64,000 nucleotides of DNA from a virus: the IMG/VR virus record IMGVR_UViG_3300031578_009495, positions 3,128 to 67,127 of that record; one strand, given 5' to 3'. Positions within the stretch are counted from its first letter, which is position 1; every line of letters starts with the position of its first letter. Positions 27,540 through 37,160 of this stretch are shown in pieces. Below the pieces are notes generated by a model. The model was not told where the DNA came from. It saw only the letters and a program-made list of their open reading frames with translations, and made no database searches. A program made the translations under genes and the position numbers.

Positions 27540-30373
27540 TAATGACAGGCAAACGAGTCCTTTTAACAACTTCAGCGGCTCCAGATCAAACACCATTTTC
27601 TACAACAGAGAAAAGACCTCCAATAGGTGTAGGTTTCTTAATTTCTGTTTTAAAGGAAGCCGGCCACAGCGTTTTCTTTATAGACAACTATTTAAAGCCA
27701 AACGATTTTCTTGAAACTGATTATCTGCGAATAAACAACATAGACTATGTTGGTATCTATGCAAATACGATTTGCTACAGAGACACGCTTAGAATGTTGC
27801 ATAAGCTTGACTGGTTCAGGCAGATAGGTAAATGGAGAGGAAAGATTATTGTTGGTGGCCCTCACACAACTGTATGCCCGGACACCATCCCTGACTTTGT
27901 TGATTTTATTGTACAGGGAGAAGGAGAGCGGGCGATACTTGATATAGTTTCAGGGAAAGTAGCTGAAAAAATCGTTAAATATCCTCGCATAGAAAATTTA
28001 GATGAACTGCCAATGCCTGCCTGGGATTATTTTAAGGACTTGCCGTATGACTGGGGAGGAACTTTTTTTACAGAAAAACCTGTATTTGTCGTAAACTCTT
28101 CCAGGGGCTGTCCGTTTAATTGCCTATTTTGTTCTGTTGGGTCTATCTGGGGCAAGAAATACACTTATTTCAGCGCGGAAAGAATTGTATCCGATATAGA
28201 ACATCTTATTAAAACCTATGGTGCGAAAGGAATATATTTCAGGGAAGACAATTTTACACTTAAAAAAGATAGACTTAATAAGTTCTGTAACCTGCTTATA
28301 GAAAAGAACATAAAAATCCAGTGGGCATGTGAGAGCAGGGTTTCAAGCATAGATAGAGAAAATATAGAACTTATGAAAAGATCCGGGTGCTGTGGATTTT
28401 ACTTTGGAGTTGAAAGTGGCTCCCAAAGAGTTTTGGATTTTATAAAGAAAGATATCACTATTGCTCAAACCAAAGAAGTATTTAAACTATGCCATGAATT
28501 TGGAATAAATGCCGCGGCCAGCATCGTAGTTGGAATCCCAACAGAAACTGAGGAAGAGCTTAAACAAACCCTTACCCTAATAAATGAAATCAAGCCAACT
28601 GTGACGTGGTTCAATGTTTTTACTGGCATTCCTAATAGCAAACTCTACAAGTATACGATAGAAAATAACCTCCACAAATTTATAGATGACAGGGGATTGG
28701 TATATTTGCCAAAGCATAATGAATTAACTCAAAGATTTTATGGTGAAAGCTGGGATGCAGCCATACCTGCACAAACCCCCAAAATAAGCGTTGTCATGTC
28801 TGTGTATAATGGAGAGAAACATATACGGAAAGCCATACAAAGCATCCTTCGGCAGACCTATCAGGACTTTGAATTTATTATAGTAAACGATTGTTCTACC
28901 GACAAGACCGTAGAAATTATAAAAAGTTTCAATGATAATAGAATCATAATTATAGAAAATCCGGGAAATATAGGACTTACCAAATCCTTAAATAAAGGGG
29001 TTAAAGAAGCTAAGGGAGAGTATATTGCGCGTATGGATGCGGACGATATTTCACTCCCGCATAGATTCGAAACACAGATTAAATTCTTGGAAGAAAACAA
29101 AGATCATGGTTTGGTTGGCAGTTCGTATTATAAAATGGATGACTCCGGAAAAACTGTATTTTGGGTAAAAGTATTAACGGAAGATTCCGAACTTAGACAA
29201 GGTTTAAAAAGACAAAACTGGTTTGGTCATGGCAGCGTCTTAATAAAAAAATCAGCATTTATAGAATGTAATGGATATGATGAAGATTTTAAATATGCAC
29301 AGGATTATGACCTGTGGGTAAGAATATCTGAGCGTTTTAAAGTAGCAAACATAGAAGAACCGTTATACCGCTGGAGGCTTTCAACAGATGGTGTTACTGT
29401 AAGTAAACAGAAAGAGCAGAGAAGCTACGCAGATAAAGTTATATCTATGACAAATACAAAAGATAGTTTGGTTTCTGTGATTATGCCCACCTACAACCGC
29501 AGGGAATTACTAAGAGAGGCATTGAAAAGCGTTTTTAACCAAACATATAGAAGTTTTGAGATAATAGTTATAAACGATGCTGGCGAAGACGTTAAAGACA
29601 TTGTAGAAGAATTTAACATAGATATTATTACTTATATTGTTCATATGGAGAATAAAGGACTTGCAGCGACCAGAAATTCTGGGCTTAAGATAGCGAAAGG
29701 CAAATATATTTCTTATCTTGACGATGATGATATATTCTACCCGGATCATTTAGAAACCCTTGTTACTTTTTTGGAAGGAAGCGAATATAAAATAGCTTAC
29801 ACAGATGCAGTTAAGATAGATCAGATTTTAGAAAAAGATGGAAAATATACGAATCTAAGCCGTGGATTATATATGTCCATGGACTTTTCAAGAGAACTTT
29901 TATTGTGGAATAATATATCTCCCGTTCACTGCTTTATGCATGAAAAGTCTTGTTTGGATGGTGGTTTAAATTTTGATGATAGCTTTCGGGTTCACGAAGA
30001 TTACGACTTTTGGATGAAGCTGGCCAGGACATATGATTTTAAGCATATAAAAAAAGCCACTGTAGAATATAGGCACAGAACAGAAGGTTTTATCCAGTTA
30101 TCGCGAACTCCACATTTTAAGCTGTCAAGTGTGGTTATAAAAAAAAGACAGGTTGAAGAACGGATACTATATGAACAGAGGCGGAAAGAATTGAATAATA
30201 TTATTAAATCTGACGAAAAGAAAGACATCTCTAATATCACTACACCGGTACAGATACCGGAGCTGGTATCTGTACCTATAGAGCAGAAAAAACATAGGGC
30301 AGATATAGGAGAAAAAAAATCAATACGACAGATAAGATATGACCAAAGAACAATGGAACCGATTTATGAATAA
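27536..30373 (+). CDS. B12-binding radical SAM domain fused to two GT2 domains
   Basis: PPIGVGFL, VGGPH, SSRGCPFNCLFC (CxxxCxxC), FGVESGS; GT2 ISVVMSVYN..ARMDADD; GT2 VSVIMPTYNR..YLDDDD. Confidence 0.92.
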   Translation: MIMTGKRVLLTTSAAPDQTPFSTTEKRPPIGVGFLISVLKEAGHSVFFIDNYLKPNDFLETDYLRINNIDYVGIYANTICYRDTLRMLHKLDWFRQIGKWRGKIIVGGPHTTVCPDTIPDFVDFIVQGEGERAILDIVSGKVAEKIVKYPRIENLDELPMPAWDYFKDLPYDWGGTFFTEKPVFVVNSSRGCPFNCLFCSVGSIWGKKYTYFSAERIVSDIEHLIKTYGAKGIYFREDNFTLKKDRLNKFCNLLIEKNIKIQWACESRVSSIDRENIELMKRSGCCGFYFGVESGSQRVLDFIKKDITIAQTKEVFKLCHEFGINAAASIVVGIPTETEEELKQTLTLINEIKPTVTWFNVFTGIPNSKLYKYTIENNLHKFIDDRGLVYLPKHNELTQRFYGESWDAAIPAQTPKISVVMSVYNGEKHIRKAIQSILRQTYQDFEFIIVNDCSTDKTVEIIKSFNDNRIIIIENPGNIGLTKSLNKGVKEAKGEYIARMDADDISLPHRFETQIKFLEENKDHGLVGSSYYKMDDSGKTVFWVKVLTEDSELRQGLKRQNWFGHGSVLIKKSAFIECNGYDEDFKYAQDYDLWVRISERFKVANIEEPLYRWRLSTDGVTVSKQKEQRSYADKVISMTNTKDSLVSVIMPTYNRRELLREALKSVFNQTYRSFEIIVINDAGEDVKDIVEEFNIDIITYIVHMENKGLAATRNSGLKIAKGKYISYLDDDDIFYPDHLETLVTFLEGSEYKIAYTDAVKIDQILEKDGKYTNLSRGLYMSMDFSRELLLWNNISPVHCFMHEKSCLDGGLNFDDSFRVHEDYDFWMKLARTYDFKHIKKATVEYRHRTEGFIQLSRTPHFKLSSVVIKKRQVEERILYEQRRKELNNIIKSDEKKDISNITTPVQIPELVSVPIEQKKHRADIGEKKSIRQIRYDQRTMEPIYE

Positions 30374-31055
30374 GCCAATAACTTCAATTATCATTTTATG
30401 CTGGAACAATCTTGAATATACCAAACTATGTATAGAGTCTATAATAAAACATACAAAGCAACCATATCAGATTATAGCAATAGACCAGGGCTCTACAGAT
30501 GGGACATCCGATTATCTCATAAAAGCAACGAGGGAATGTAATTGTATTATTATCAAAAATGTAGAAAATAAAGGTTTTGCATGTGGGAATAATCAAGCAT
30601 TAAAATTAGTAGAAAGTGAATATGTATTGATGTTGAACAATGATTGTGAAATAACAGATGATAATTGGTTAGAAATAATGATCAATGCAAGTGGAACAGC
30701 TGATCTTATAGGGGCTGTCTGCAAACAGGTTGCACCGGACTCTATCACAAAAACGTTTAAATATATCGGCGATGGAAAAGAAAATGGCAGATGGAGTTAT
30801 ATAGAAGGATGGTGTTTGTTTGCTAAAAGAGACACATGGCTATCTCTTAATGGATTTGACGAAAAATTTAATCCGGCATTCAGTGAAGATGCAGACCTTT
30901 CTTTCAGGGCAAAGGGGCTTGGCATGAAGATTAAGGCTGTTTCTCTGCCCATTATTCATCATGGAAGCAAATCAATAGGACAAATCCATGGTGGCCATGA
31001 AGCGATGTCGGCTAAAAATAATAGATTATTGTATGGACAATGGATTGGAACATGA
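30339..31055 (+). CDS. glycosyltransferase family 2
   Basis: SIIILCWNN, DQGSTDGT, NKGFACGNNQ, LNNDC, EDADL; start may be 30366. Confidence 0.9.
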   Translation: MTKEQWNRFMNKPITSIIILCWNNLEYTKLCIESIIKHTKQPYQIIAIDQGSTDGTSDYLIKATRECNCIIIKNVENKGFACGNNQALKLVESEYVLMLNNDCEITDDNWLEIMINASGTADLIGAVCKQVAPDSITKTFKYIGDGKENGRWSYIEGWCLFAKRDTWLSLNGFDEKFNPAFSEDADLSFRAKGLGMKIKAVSLPIIHHGSKSIGQIHGGHEAMSAKNNRLLYGQWIGT

Positions 31056-31933
31056 ATACGACTAAAGGATATTGCGAATGCGGATGTGGGAAGCTTACGT
31101 CTATGGCTACAAGGAATAATCGCAATAAAGGACTTAAAAAGGGCGAACCAGTCCGCTTTATTCATGGCCATAGCCATATATTTAAGAAAGGTGGTATCCC
31201 TTGGAATAAAGGGAAGAAAGGTGTAATCCCATCTTGGAATAAAGGTAAAAAAGGTGTAATTCCATCTTGGAATAAAGGGAAGACAAAAGAGACCGATAAA
31301 AGAATCATGGAGGCTTCAAAGAAAGTAAGCATTTCAGTAAAAAAATTATGGGAAAATCCAGACTATCAAGGTGGTAACAAAAAAGGAGTTAAGTTTAATC
31401 TGAGCGATGAACAAAGAAAGCAATATTCAGAAAGACTTAGCGGAGAAGGAAACCCTATGTATGGAATGTCGGGAGAGAAATCTCCTGTTTGGAAAGATGG
31501 TATATCTTTTCTGCCATATCCACCTGAATTTAACAATAAGTTAAGACATAAGATTAAAAAACGAGATGATTTTACATGTCAGTTGTGTGGAATAAAACAA
31601 TATACTTATCAGGCAATTCATCATATTGATTATGAAAAAGACAACTGTAGTGAGTCAAATTTAATAACATTATGCCTGTCTTGCAATGTAAAGGTGAATC
31701 AAAATAGAGATTTTTGGAAACAATATTTTACAGAGATAATAAATAAAGGGAGGATAGAATTATGGACGCGTACCCAAAATTCGGTATCTACTACTAAAGG
31801 CGCCGAATTAAAACCTCTTCTGAATAACGGGAAGGTCTTAACATGTAAAGATGAAGATAACCCGAGGCAAGCCAAGGCAAATGCCTTGTTGCAGCCGCAG
31901 AGCACTGAGCGAAGAGGAACCTTAACAGGTTAA
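31040..31933 (+). CDS. free-standing HNH homing endonuclease with NUMOD3-like repeats, overlapping exon 1 and the intron
   Basis: PSWNKGKKGV repeats, GNPMYG, RDDFTCQLCG, AIHHIDY..NLITLCLSCN. Confidence 0.88.
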   Translation: MDWNMNTTKGYCECGCGKLTSMATRNNRNKGLKKGEPVRFIHGHSHIFKKGGIPWNKGKKGVIPSWNKGKKGVIPSWNKGKTKETDKRIMEASKKVSISVKKLWENPDYQGGNKKGVKFNLSDEQRKQYSERLSGEGNPMYGMSGEKSPVWKDGISFLPYPPEFNNKLRHKIKKRDDFTCQLCGIKQYTYQAIHHIDYEKDNCSESNLITLCLSCNVKVNQNRDFWKQYFTEIINKGRIELWTRTQNSVSTTKGAELKPLLNNGKVLTCKDEDNPRQAKANALLQPQSTERRGTLTG

Positions 31934-32743
31934 ACGACAGTCCGATCTGCATGGAAACATGTAGAGGTTGGCAGAAATGACCAACCCGGCTCTTAGAAAA
32001 GAGCAGGTAACAGAAAAATGGTCTTAGGAACCGTAGAAAGCGAGTCGCATTCATACGCGACCGAAGAATTGGAATATAGAGATGGTTTTAGCACGGATGT
32101 TTTCGATCTCAAGCATGTTGACACAATAACGAGATCAAACCCGAGCTCTTGTGCAGCAACATATGGAATTGGAAAATCTACTGATATAACAAAAAACTCT
32201 TTGGAGGTCCCTCTTGAAACTGTAACTCTTGTGGAGGAAGAAGAAGTAACGGAACCACACATGAGAGCTGTTGATCCAGAGACAAGTCCAGAACTTGGAG
32301 ACAAGTTAACATATACCGATGGCTTGATTTTCCATAGGAAAAAGCAAACGTTGACGATAAACGGAAAAGGCGATCCTCCTGTTGGACTTGGGACTGCCGA
32401 TAGAGGAAATACCTATAGTAGTAGCATTACTCTAAAACCAGCGGTTGGAGGATCTGTCGCCGACATAACAGAAGGATCTGGTTTTTATTTACGGCGCGTA
32501 GAGATTACAAAGGCAAACACCGAATGGCAGAAATTTATGCTTGAACTTGTAAAATATGTGCCAAACACCGCGGATAATGCTCAAGTCAATATGATTACAC
32601 CTGAGTTTTTTGGCGTAGATGCAGGAGACCTCACGGCAATAAGCGCATGGTATAAGCTTAGTCGAACCATTACGCTTAATGGCGAAGGCGCTGCAAATGT
32701 TGAAGAAACAGCAGAAATTTATGACGATGTTGCTGCGGCTTAG
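31762..32743 (+). CDS. major tail protein candidate, join(31762..31785,32021..32743), 248 aa
   Basis: SD GGGAGG before ATG 31762; spliced N-terminus MDAYPKFG-VLGTVESE; position upstream of chaperones and tape measure. Confidence 0.6.
31786..32020 (+). ncRNA. group I intron (ORF-less), 235 nt
   Basis: P1 AAUUCGGU/GCCGAAUU with U-G wobble, P3 CCUCUUC/GAAGAGG, P4 CGGG/CCCG, P7 ACUG/CAGUCC, P8 and P9 hairpins, P10 with the 3' exon, ends ...GGUAACAGAAAAAUG; splicing restores the frame. Confidence 0.85.
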
Positions 32744-32751
32744 GTGATATT

Positions 32752-33030
32752 ATGTCCTACTCAAAAGTAATAGAACCGGCTATTAAAACAAGGCGCGTAA
32801 ATGCAATGCCTCTTATAGGTGGTGCCGGTGTAATCCAGGAATTGGGATATATACAAAAAAAGACGCATAGATTTTTCTGGATTACAACGGCAGAATTGCA
32901 GGCGGAAATAGATACTGAGGTTGCCTTAGGATGGGTTTTGGACGGAGATCCAAGCAGAACGCTTGTCCATGAAGCAATTCCTGATCTGTTTAATGCCGAG
33001 GCTACTTATTTTAGGTACAGCGCTACGTGA
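32752..33030 (+). CDS. hypothetical tail-module protein
   Basis: 92 aa; SD AGGTG. Confidence 0.55.
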   Translation: MSYSKVIEPAIKTRRVNAMPLIGGAGVIQELGYIQKKTHRFFWITTAELQAEIDTEVALGWVLDGDPSRTLVHEAIPDLFNAEATYFRYSAT

Positions 33031-33689
33031 AATTAAAAGAAAGGAAATTTATGCAGGCAGAAAAAATAGAGATACCAGATGAGCTCAGGATATTAAACCC
33101 AGAGTTACAAAAAAAACCAGTAGTAATAGGCACAGAAGCCTACATGATTTATCCGTTAACTGAAGGACAGGCCGAGCGTGTGTCTAAGCTTTTGTCTGAT
33201 GTTATAATAGACATCACGACTTTGGATATGCAATGCCCTAATTGTAAACATGTATTCCAGAATATGCTTGGACGACAGGAAACCTGCAATAGATGTAGGG
33301 TAAAGGGGAAGGGTGGAAGTCAATTAAAAAGTATGCAAAAACCACCCGTAGAAGCATTGACATACGAAGACCGTGTTCCGAGATTAATTGAAGAACTCGT
33401 TGGAATTAAAGTCACGGATGTAAAATCATCTTTGACCGTTAATCAGTGCAAACACATTGCAGGTGTTTTATATGTCCAGAACTTTATGGAAGAAGAAGGC
33501 GGCGGCTTGCCGGAAGAATCAAAAAAAAACTTCAAAGCACTGCTGAATTGGATAAGTCCGGAGGAGAAAGAAAACACAGTAGTAGCCTCGGAGAAATCTA
33601 TGAAGCCTTTGCCCATGAATATGGATTTACAAGAGAATATATCCAGGGAAGATGGGAGACAGGAGGAAGTAACGGAAGACGGCTTGTAG
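33027..33689 (+). CDS. tail assembly chaperone (G-like) with CxxC..CxxC insertion
   Basis: position before tape measure; slippery A AAA AAC at 33524-33530. Confidence 0.65.
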   Translation: MKLKERKFMQAEKIEIPDELRILNPELQKKPVVIGTEAYMIYPLTEGQAERVSKLLSDVIIDITTLDMQCPNCKHVFQNMLGRQETCNRCRVKGKGGSQLKSMQKPPVEALTYEDRVPRLIEELVGIKVTDVKSSLTVNQCKHIAGVLYVQNFMEEEGGGLPEESKKNFKALLNWISPEEKENTVVASEKSMKPLPMNMDLQENISREDGRQEEVTEDGL

Positions 33690-34249
33690 GGCTCACAAGG
33701 CCGCTCCTAAAGTTATATTGGAAGTATTTACAGCAACGCAAGCTTGCAGAGCTTAAAATGCAGATTAGGCTTGCTGGTGGAACGGTACCGGAAGACACTG
33801 AAGCGGAACTCAAATCAGCAGAAGAGGAAGCCATGGAAAGGTTAAAAAATCCGCTTAAAGATTTTCCAAATGATATTAAGTATTTTTCTGCGAATGAATG
33901 TATAAGTAAAATAGAGATAGGTGGACGGTTTAAGGGTAAGATAGCAAAAGAGAAGATCTGGGATAAAAAAAGAATGAACGCCTGCCTTGGGAAACATGGC
34001 ATTGTGGCAAAACGATGTTCGATGAATGATACGTTGTGGGCCAGATATACAAAACATGGTGACTCTCTGACGTTGGATATAATAAAACAGATGATGAAAT
34101 TTGATGCAAAAAGAAGAGAGCTTTATCCACCCAACTATAAGGGTACCGGCGAGGAACAGCCACCGGCAGAATACCTTGAAGAATTGAAATCATCCGGCAA
34201 GCTTGATACAATATACAAAGAAATGAACGAACTTTCAAATTTAGATTAG
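33524..34249 (+). CDS. -1 frameshift extension of the chaperone (GT-like)
   Basis: ORF 33446..34249 is in the -1 frame; LGEIYEAFAHEYGFTREYI typical of T-segments. Confidence 0.6.
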   Translation, partial: KKLQSTAELDKSGGERKHSSSLGEIYEAFAHEYGFTREYIQGRWETGGSNGRRLVGLTRPLLKLYWKYLQQRKLAELKMQIRLAGGTVPEDTEAELKSAEEEAMERLKNPLKDFPNDIKYFSANECISKIEIGGRFKGKIAKEKIWDKKRMNACLGKHGIVAKRCSMNDTLWARYTKHGDSLTLDIIKQMMKFDAKRRELYPPNYKGTGEEQPPAEYLEELKSSGKLDTIYKEMNELSNLD

Positions 34250-34280
34250 TCGCTCCCGATGTGGTGGCATGGATTGAAAC
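34249..34280 (+). CRISPR. solitary, degenerate type I-C-like CRISPR repeat (no array)
   Basis: GTCGCTCCCGATGTGGTGGCATGGATTGAAAC, 32 nt, same ends as the repeat at 54501. Confidence 0.65.
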
Positions 34281-34292
34281 GAGGAAACAATA

Positions 34293-37160
34293 ATGGCAAG
34301 TCAATTCGGAATACGATTTTTCACTTCAGGCTATGAAAGAACAAGCGGTCAAATGGCGTCTATAGGAAGACAGGCCAGTGGGATAAGTACAGGATTTCTA
34401 CGAATGGGAAGGACTGGCGCTTCATCTGGCACAATGGCTGCGGGCGGAATGAGAATTTTAAGCTCCGGAATGTCTGGCGCTATGAGCGTGATGAGAGGAT
34501 TTATTAGTCTAACCATAAGGGCTACAACCGTACTTGCCACTGTTGGCGCCGTAGTTGCTGGAGTCGGGATAGCCCTTGCTACAAAGTTTGCAAAAGGATT
34601 AATGGCTACAAGGGAGAGTTTTTATTTAATAGAGACAGCCCTTACTGGAGTTGTAAAAAATGCTGGGCAGGTGCAAAAGATTTCGGATTGGGCAATGAAA
34701 TATGCAGCAACATATCCTGCAATGTATGGGGACGTTATGGATACGATGAAGGGATTATCAATGATGCCCTCCTTAAAGCCTATGTTCGTTAAGGGCGATG
34801 TTGCTGCCATGGAAAAGGTAATGAATATTGTCCAGAGTCTTGCCGCGATGGACCCACAGCAGGGCGTAAAGGGAGCTCAGCTTGCGATGAGAGAAGCATT
34901 ATCTGGCAACTGGAGGTCATTGCAGATGCGGTTTGAGCTAAGACCGCAGGCGGTTGCTGAAGCGGCAGGGCTGTCAATGGAAGAGTTAAAGACAGACCCT
35001 GGCAAGGCTATCGAGGCCCTGGACGCCTTTACCCGCCTGAATGTTGGGGCAGACACACTTAGGAAGTCAGCAGAAAGTCTCGGTGTTCAATGGGGCAACC
35101 TCGGGGATAAATACGATATATTTTTGAATAAGATAGGAAAGATGGGAGCATATAGAAGGCTTGTCGAATTCCTTATGAAGATGAATGATATGTGGGATAA
35201 GCTTTTGGAAAGTGATGCCGCACAGAAATTTGGTCAAAACATTTCAAGTATATTTGAAAGTGTAATTGGGTCAGTTGAATCAATTATGACTGGAATTGAT
35301 TGGGAGGGTAAGGGAATATTCGATGGTATTATTGAAGCAGGCAAGAAAGCAATGGAAAAACTCCGTAATTTGTTTTTAGATGCAAAGGATTTCCTTGCTT
35401 CTGCCATGAAATTGGTTTTTGTATATATAAAAATGGCCTTAATTTTTTCCATTAAGGAAATCTTTTTCCCTGTTGGAAAGATGATTGCTGAAACAATCGG
35501 TAATGCTTTCATGGAGACCATCCGGGCACATCCTATGCTGGCTTTTATGGCCGCTTTGGTAGGTGGAACGATAATGGGTGGTCTTCCAGGTGGAATTGTA
35601 GCTGGTGGGGCAATGGCTGTAACTTTGGCTGCGCAGGGAACAGGTTTAATAGGAGCGCCAGCTAAATCAAAAGAAGAGTTGATTGCTGAGAAGAAAGCCG
35701 AAATAGAACGAGTACAGAATAAGAAATTTAGAACCCCGATGGAAAGAGTTGAATTTTATGGTAATCGCAATCGGAGGAAGAATCTGGAAAATCTCAAAAC
35801 TGAGTTGGAAGAATTAGAAAAACTGCCGGCTACAAGTAAGTTTTCAGATGCAGATGCAGCTTTAGCAAAATTAAAAGCCGACGCAAAAGCTTTAAAACAA
35901 TTATGGGGCACAGGGCTTGGGCTTGGGACTGGAGACGCGACAAAGGATCCAACCGCTGTAGGTGAAGCAGCAAAAAGGGTAGTTGCGGCACGATCAAGCT
36001 TACGGCTTGCGGAACTTACTGGCGCCAAATCCATGGTAGATGTTTTAAAGGAGCAATTACAATATGAAGAAAGACTTTTGGATTATCACCAAAAAGCTGC
36101 CACATGGGAAAAAGGTCCGACAAAGGGAGTTAGAGAGGCAGAGTTAAAAAAGGAGATAGCAACATTAAAAGAAACGATGTCAATATCCATCGGTAAGGGC
36201 GTAACCCGTAAAGATCCTGCCCTAATTGTCATGGAGGAGAAACTTGCAACAAAACAAATAGAGGCTGAAAAACTTAAAAAGGCAAAAACAACCGAGGTAG
36301 GAGATATAACACGATATACAGGAGCCGAACTCGCAGAAAAAGCAAGAGTTTCTATGGAAAAAGAGAAAAACATCCTGGCTCAAACATTAGCTGTTGAAAC
36401 ACAAATTGCAAAGTTAAAGAAAGAGGGTGGGGAAGATGTAAGTATGCTCGTAGACCTTGAAACCAAGTTGCTTGATTTATCAAAACAAAAAATAGCAATT
36501 GAGCAACAATACACAAATGCAAAAAAACAGCAGGTTGGCTTGCAAAGTCAGATCCAGACAATGGAAGTGCAAAAAGGACTTAGCGCTCTTGATTTAACGA
36601 AGGGAATGTTTCAGACCTTTGGAAAATTTGTAGGTAAACAGGGACGTTATGGCCAGGTTGGAGGAGCTAAAATGCCTGGAATGGGTAAAATGTCGTGGGG
36701 AACGGGCGTGGAAAAATCCACAGGCTATAGAACAAAAGGCATTCCAAAGTTTCTCTTAAAACAAGAAGAAGTGTTAAAAGAAAAGCTTGGGCAAGCAGGC
36801 ATATCTGATGTAGTAAAAAAGTTACTTCTTGAAAAGTTGCATGGCATAAACGTAGAACAGTTTCAAATGGCTAAGGGAGGAGTTGCAAAAGGAGCTCAGT
36901 TTCTTGAGGCTAATAAATTTATGGAGCAATTGCAGGCTGTTGATACTAAACTTCAGGAAGAACAGATCGCGCTTGTGAAAGAGCAAGCTGGGAATATTGC
37001 AAAAATGGTTGTTGAGCTTAAATTGACAAACCAATGGTTGTCTGGAATCAATGGAAAGGTTGGTGGTACTGGCTCGCAGCCTAACGCAACACCTGCATCT
37101 TTAGGAAATAAAAAAATTGGCGAAGCAAATCCATCGACAGCGCCATCTGGTGCATTTTAA
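34293..37160 (+). CDS. tape measure protein
   Basis: 955 aa, Ala/Gly-rich N-terminus, ETALTGVV..SDWAMKYAATYPAMYGDV tape-measure domain, coiled coils. Confidence 0.85.
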   Translation: MASQFGIRFFTSGYERTSGQMASIGRQASGISTGFLRMGRTGASSGTMAAGGMRILSSGMSGAMSVMRGFISLTIRATTVLATVGAVVAGVGIALATKFAKGLMATRESFYLIETALTGVVKNAGQVQKISDWAMKYAATYPAMYGDVMDTMKGLSMMPSLKPMFVKGDVAAMEKVMNIVQSLAAMDPQQGVKGAQLAMREALSGNWRSLQMRFELRPQAVAEAAGLSMEELKTDPGKAIEALDAFTRLNVGADTLRKSAESLGVQWGNLGDKYDIFLNKIGKMGAYRRLVEFLMKMNDMWDKLLESDAAQKFGQNISSIFESVIGSVESIMTGIDWEGKGIFDGIIEAGKKAMEKLRNLFLDAKDFLASAMKLVFVYIKMALIFSIKEIFFPVGKMIAETIGNAFMETIRAHPMLAFMAALVGGTIMGGLPGGIVAGGAMAVTLAAQGTGLIGAPAKSKEELIAEKKAEIERVQNKKFRTPMERVEFYGNRNRRKNLENLKTELEELEKLPATSKFSDADAALAKLKADAKALKQLWGTGLGLGTGDATKDPTAVGEAAKRVVAARSSLRLAELTGAKSMVDVLKEQLQYEERLLDYHQKAATWEKGPTKGVREAELKKEIATLKETMSISIGKGVTRKDPALIVMEEKLATKQIEAEKLKKAKTTEVGDITRYTGAELAEKARVSMEKEKNILAQTLAVETQIAKLKKEGGEDVSMLVDLETKLLDLSKQKIAIEQQYTNAKKQQVGLQSQIQTMEVQKGLSALDLTKGMFQTFGKFVGKQGRYGQVGGAKMPGMGKMSWGTGVEKSTGYRTKGIPKFLLKQEEVLKEKLGQAGISDVVKKLLLEKLHGINVEQFQMAKGGVAKGAQFLEANKFMEQLQAVDTKLQEEQIALVKEQAGNIAKMVVELKLTNQWLSGINGKVGGTGSQPNATPASLGNKKIGEANPSTAPSGAF

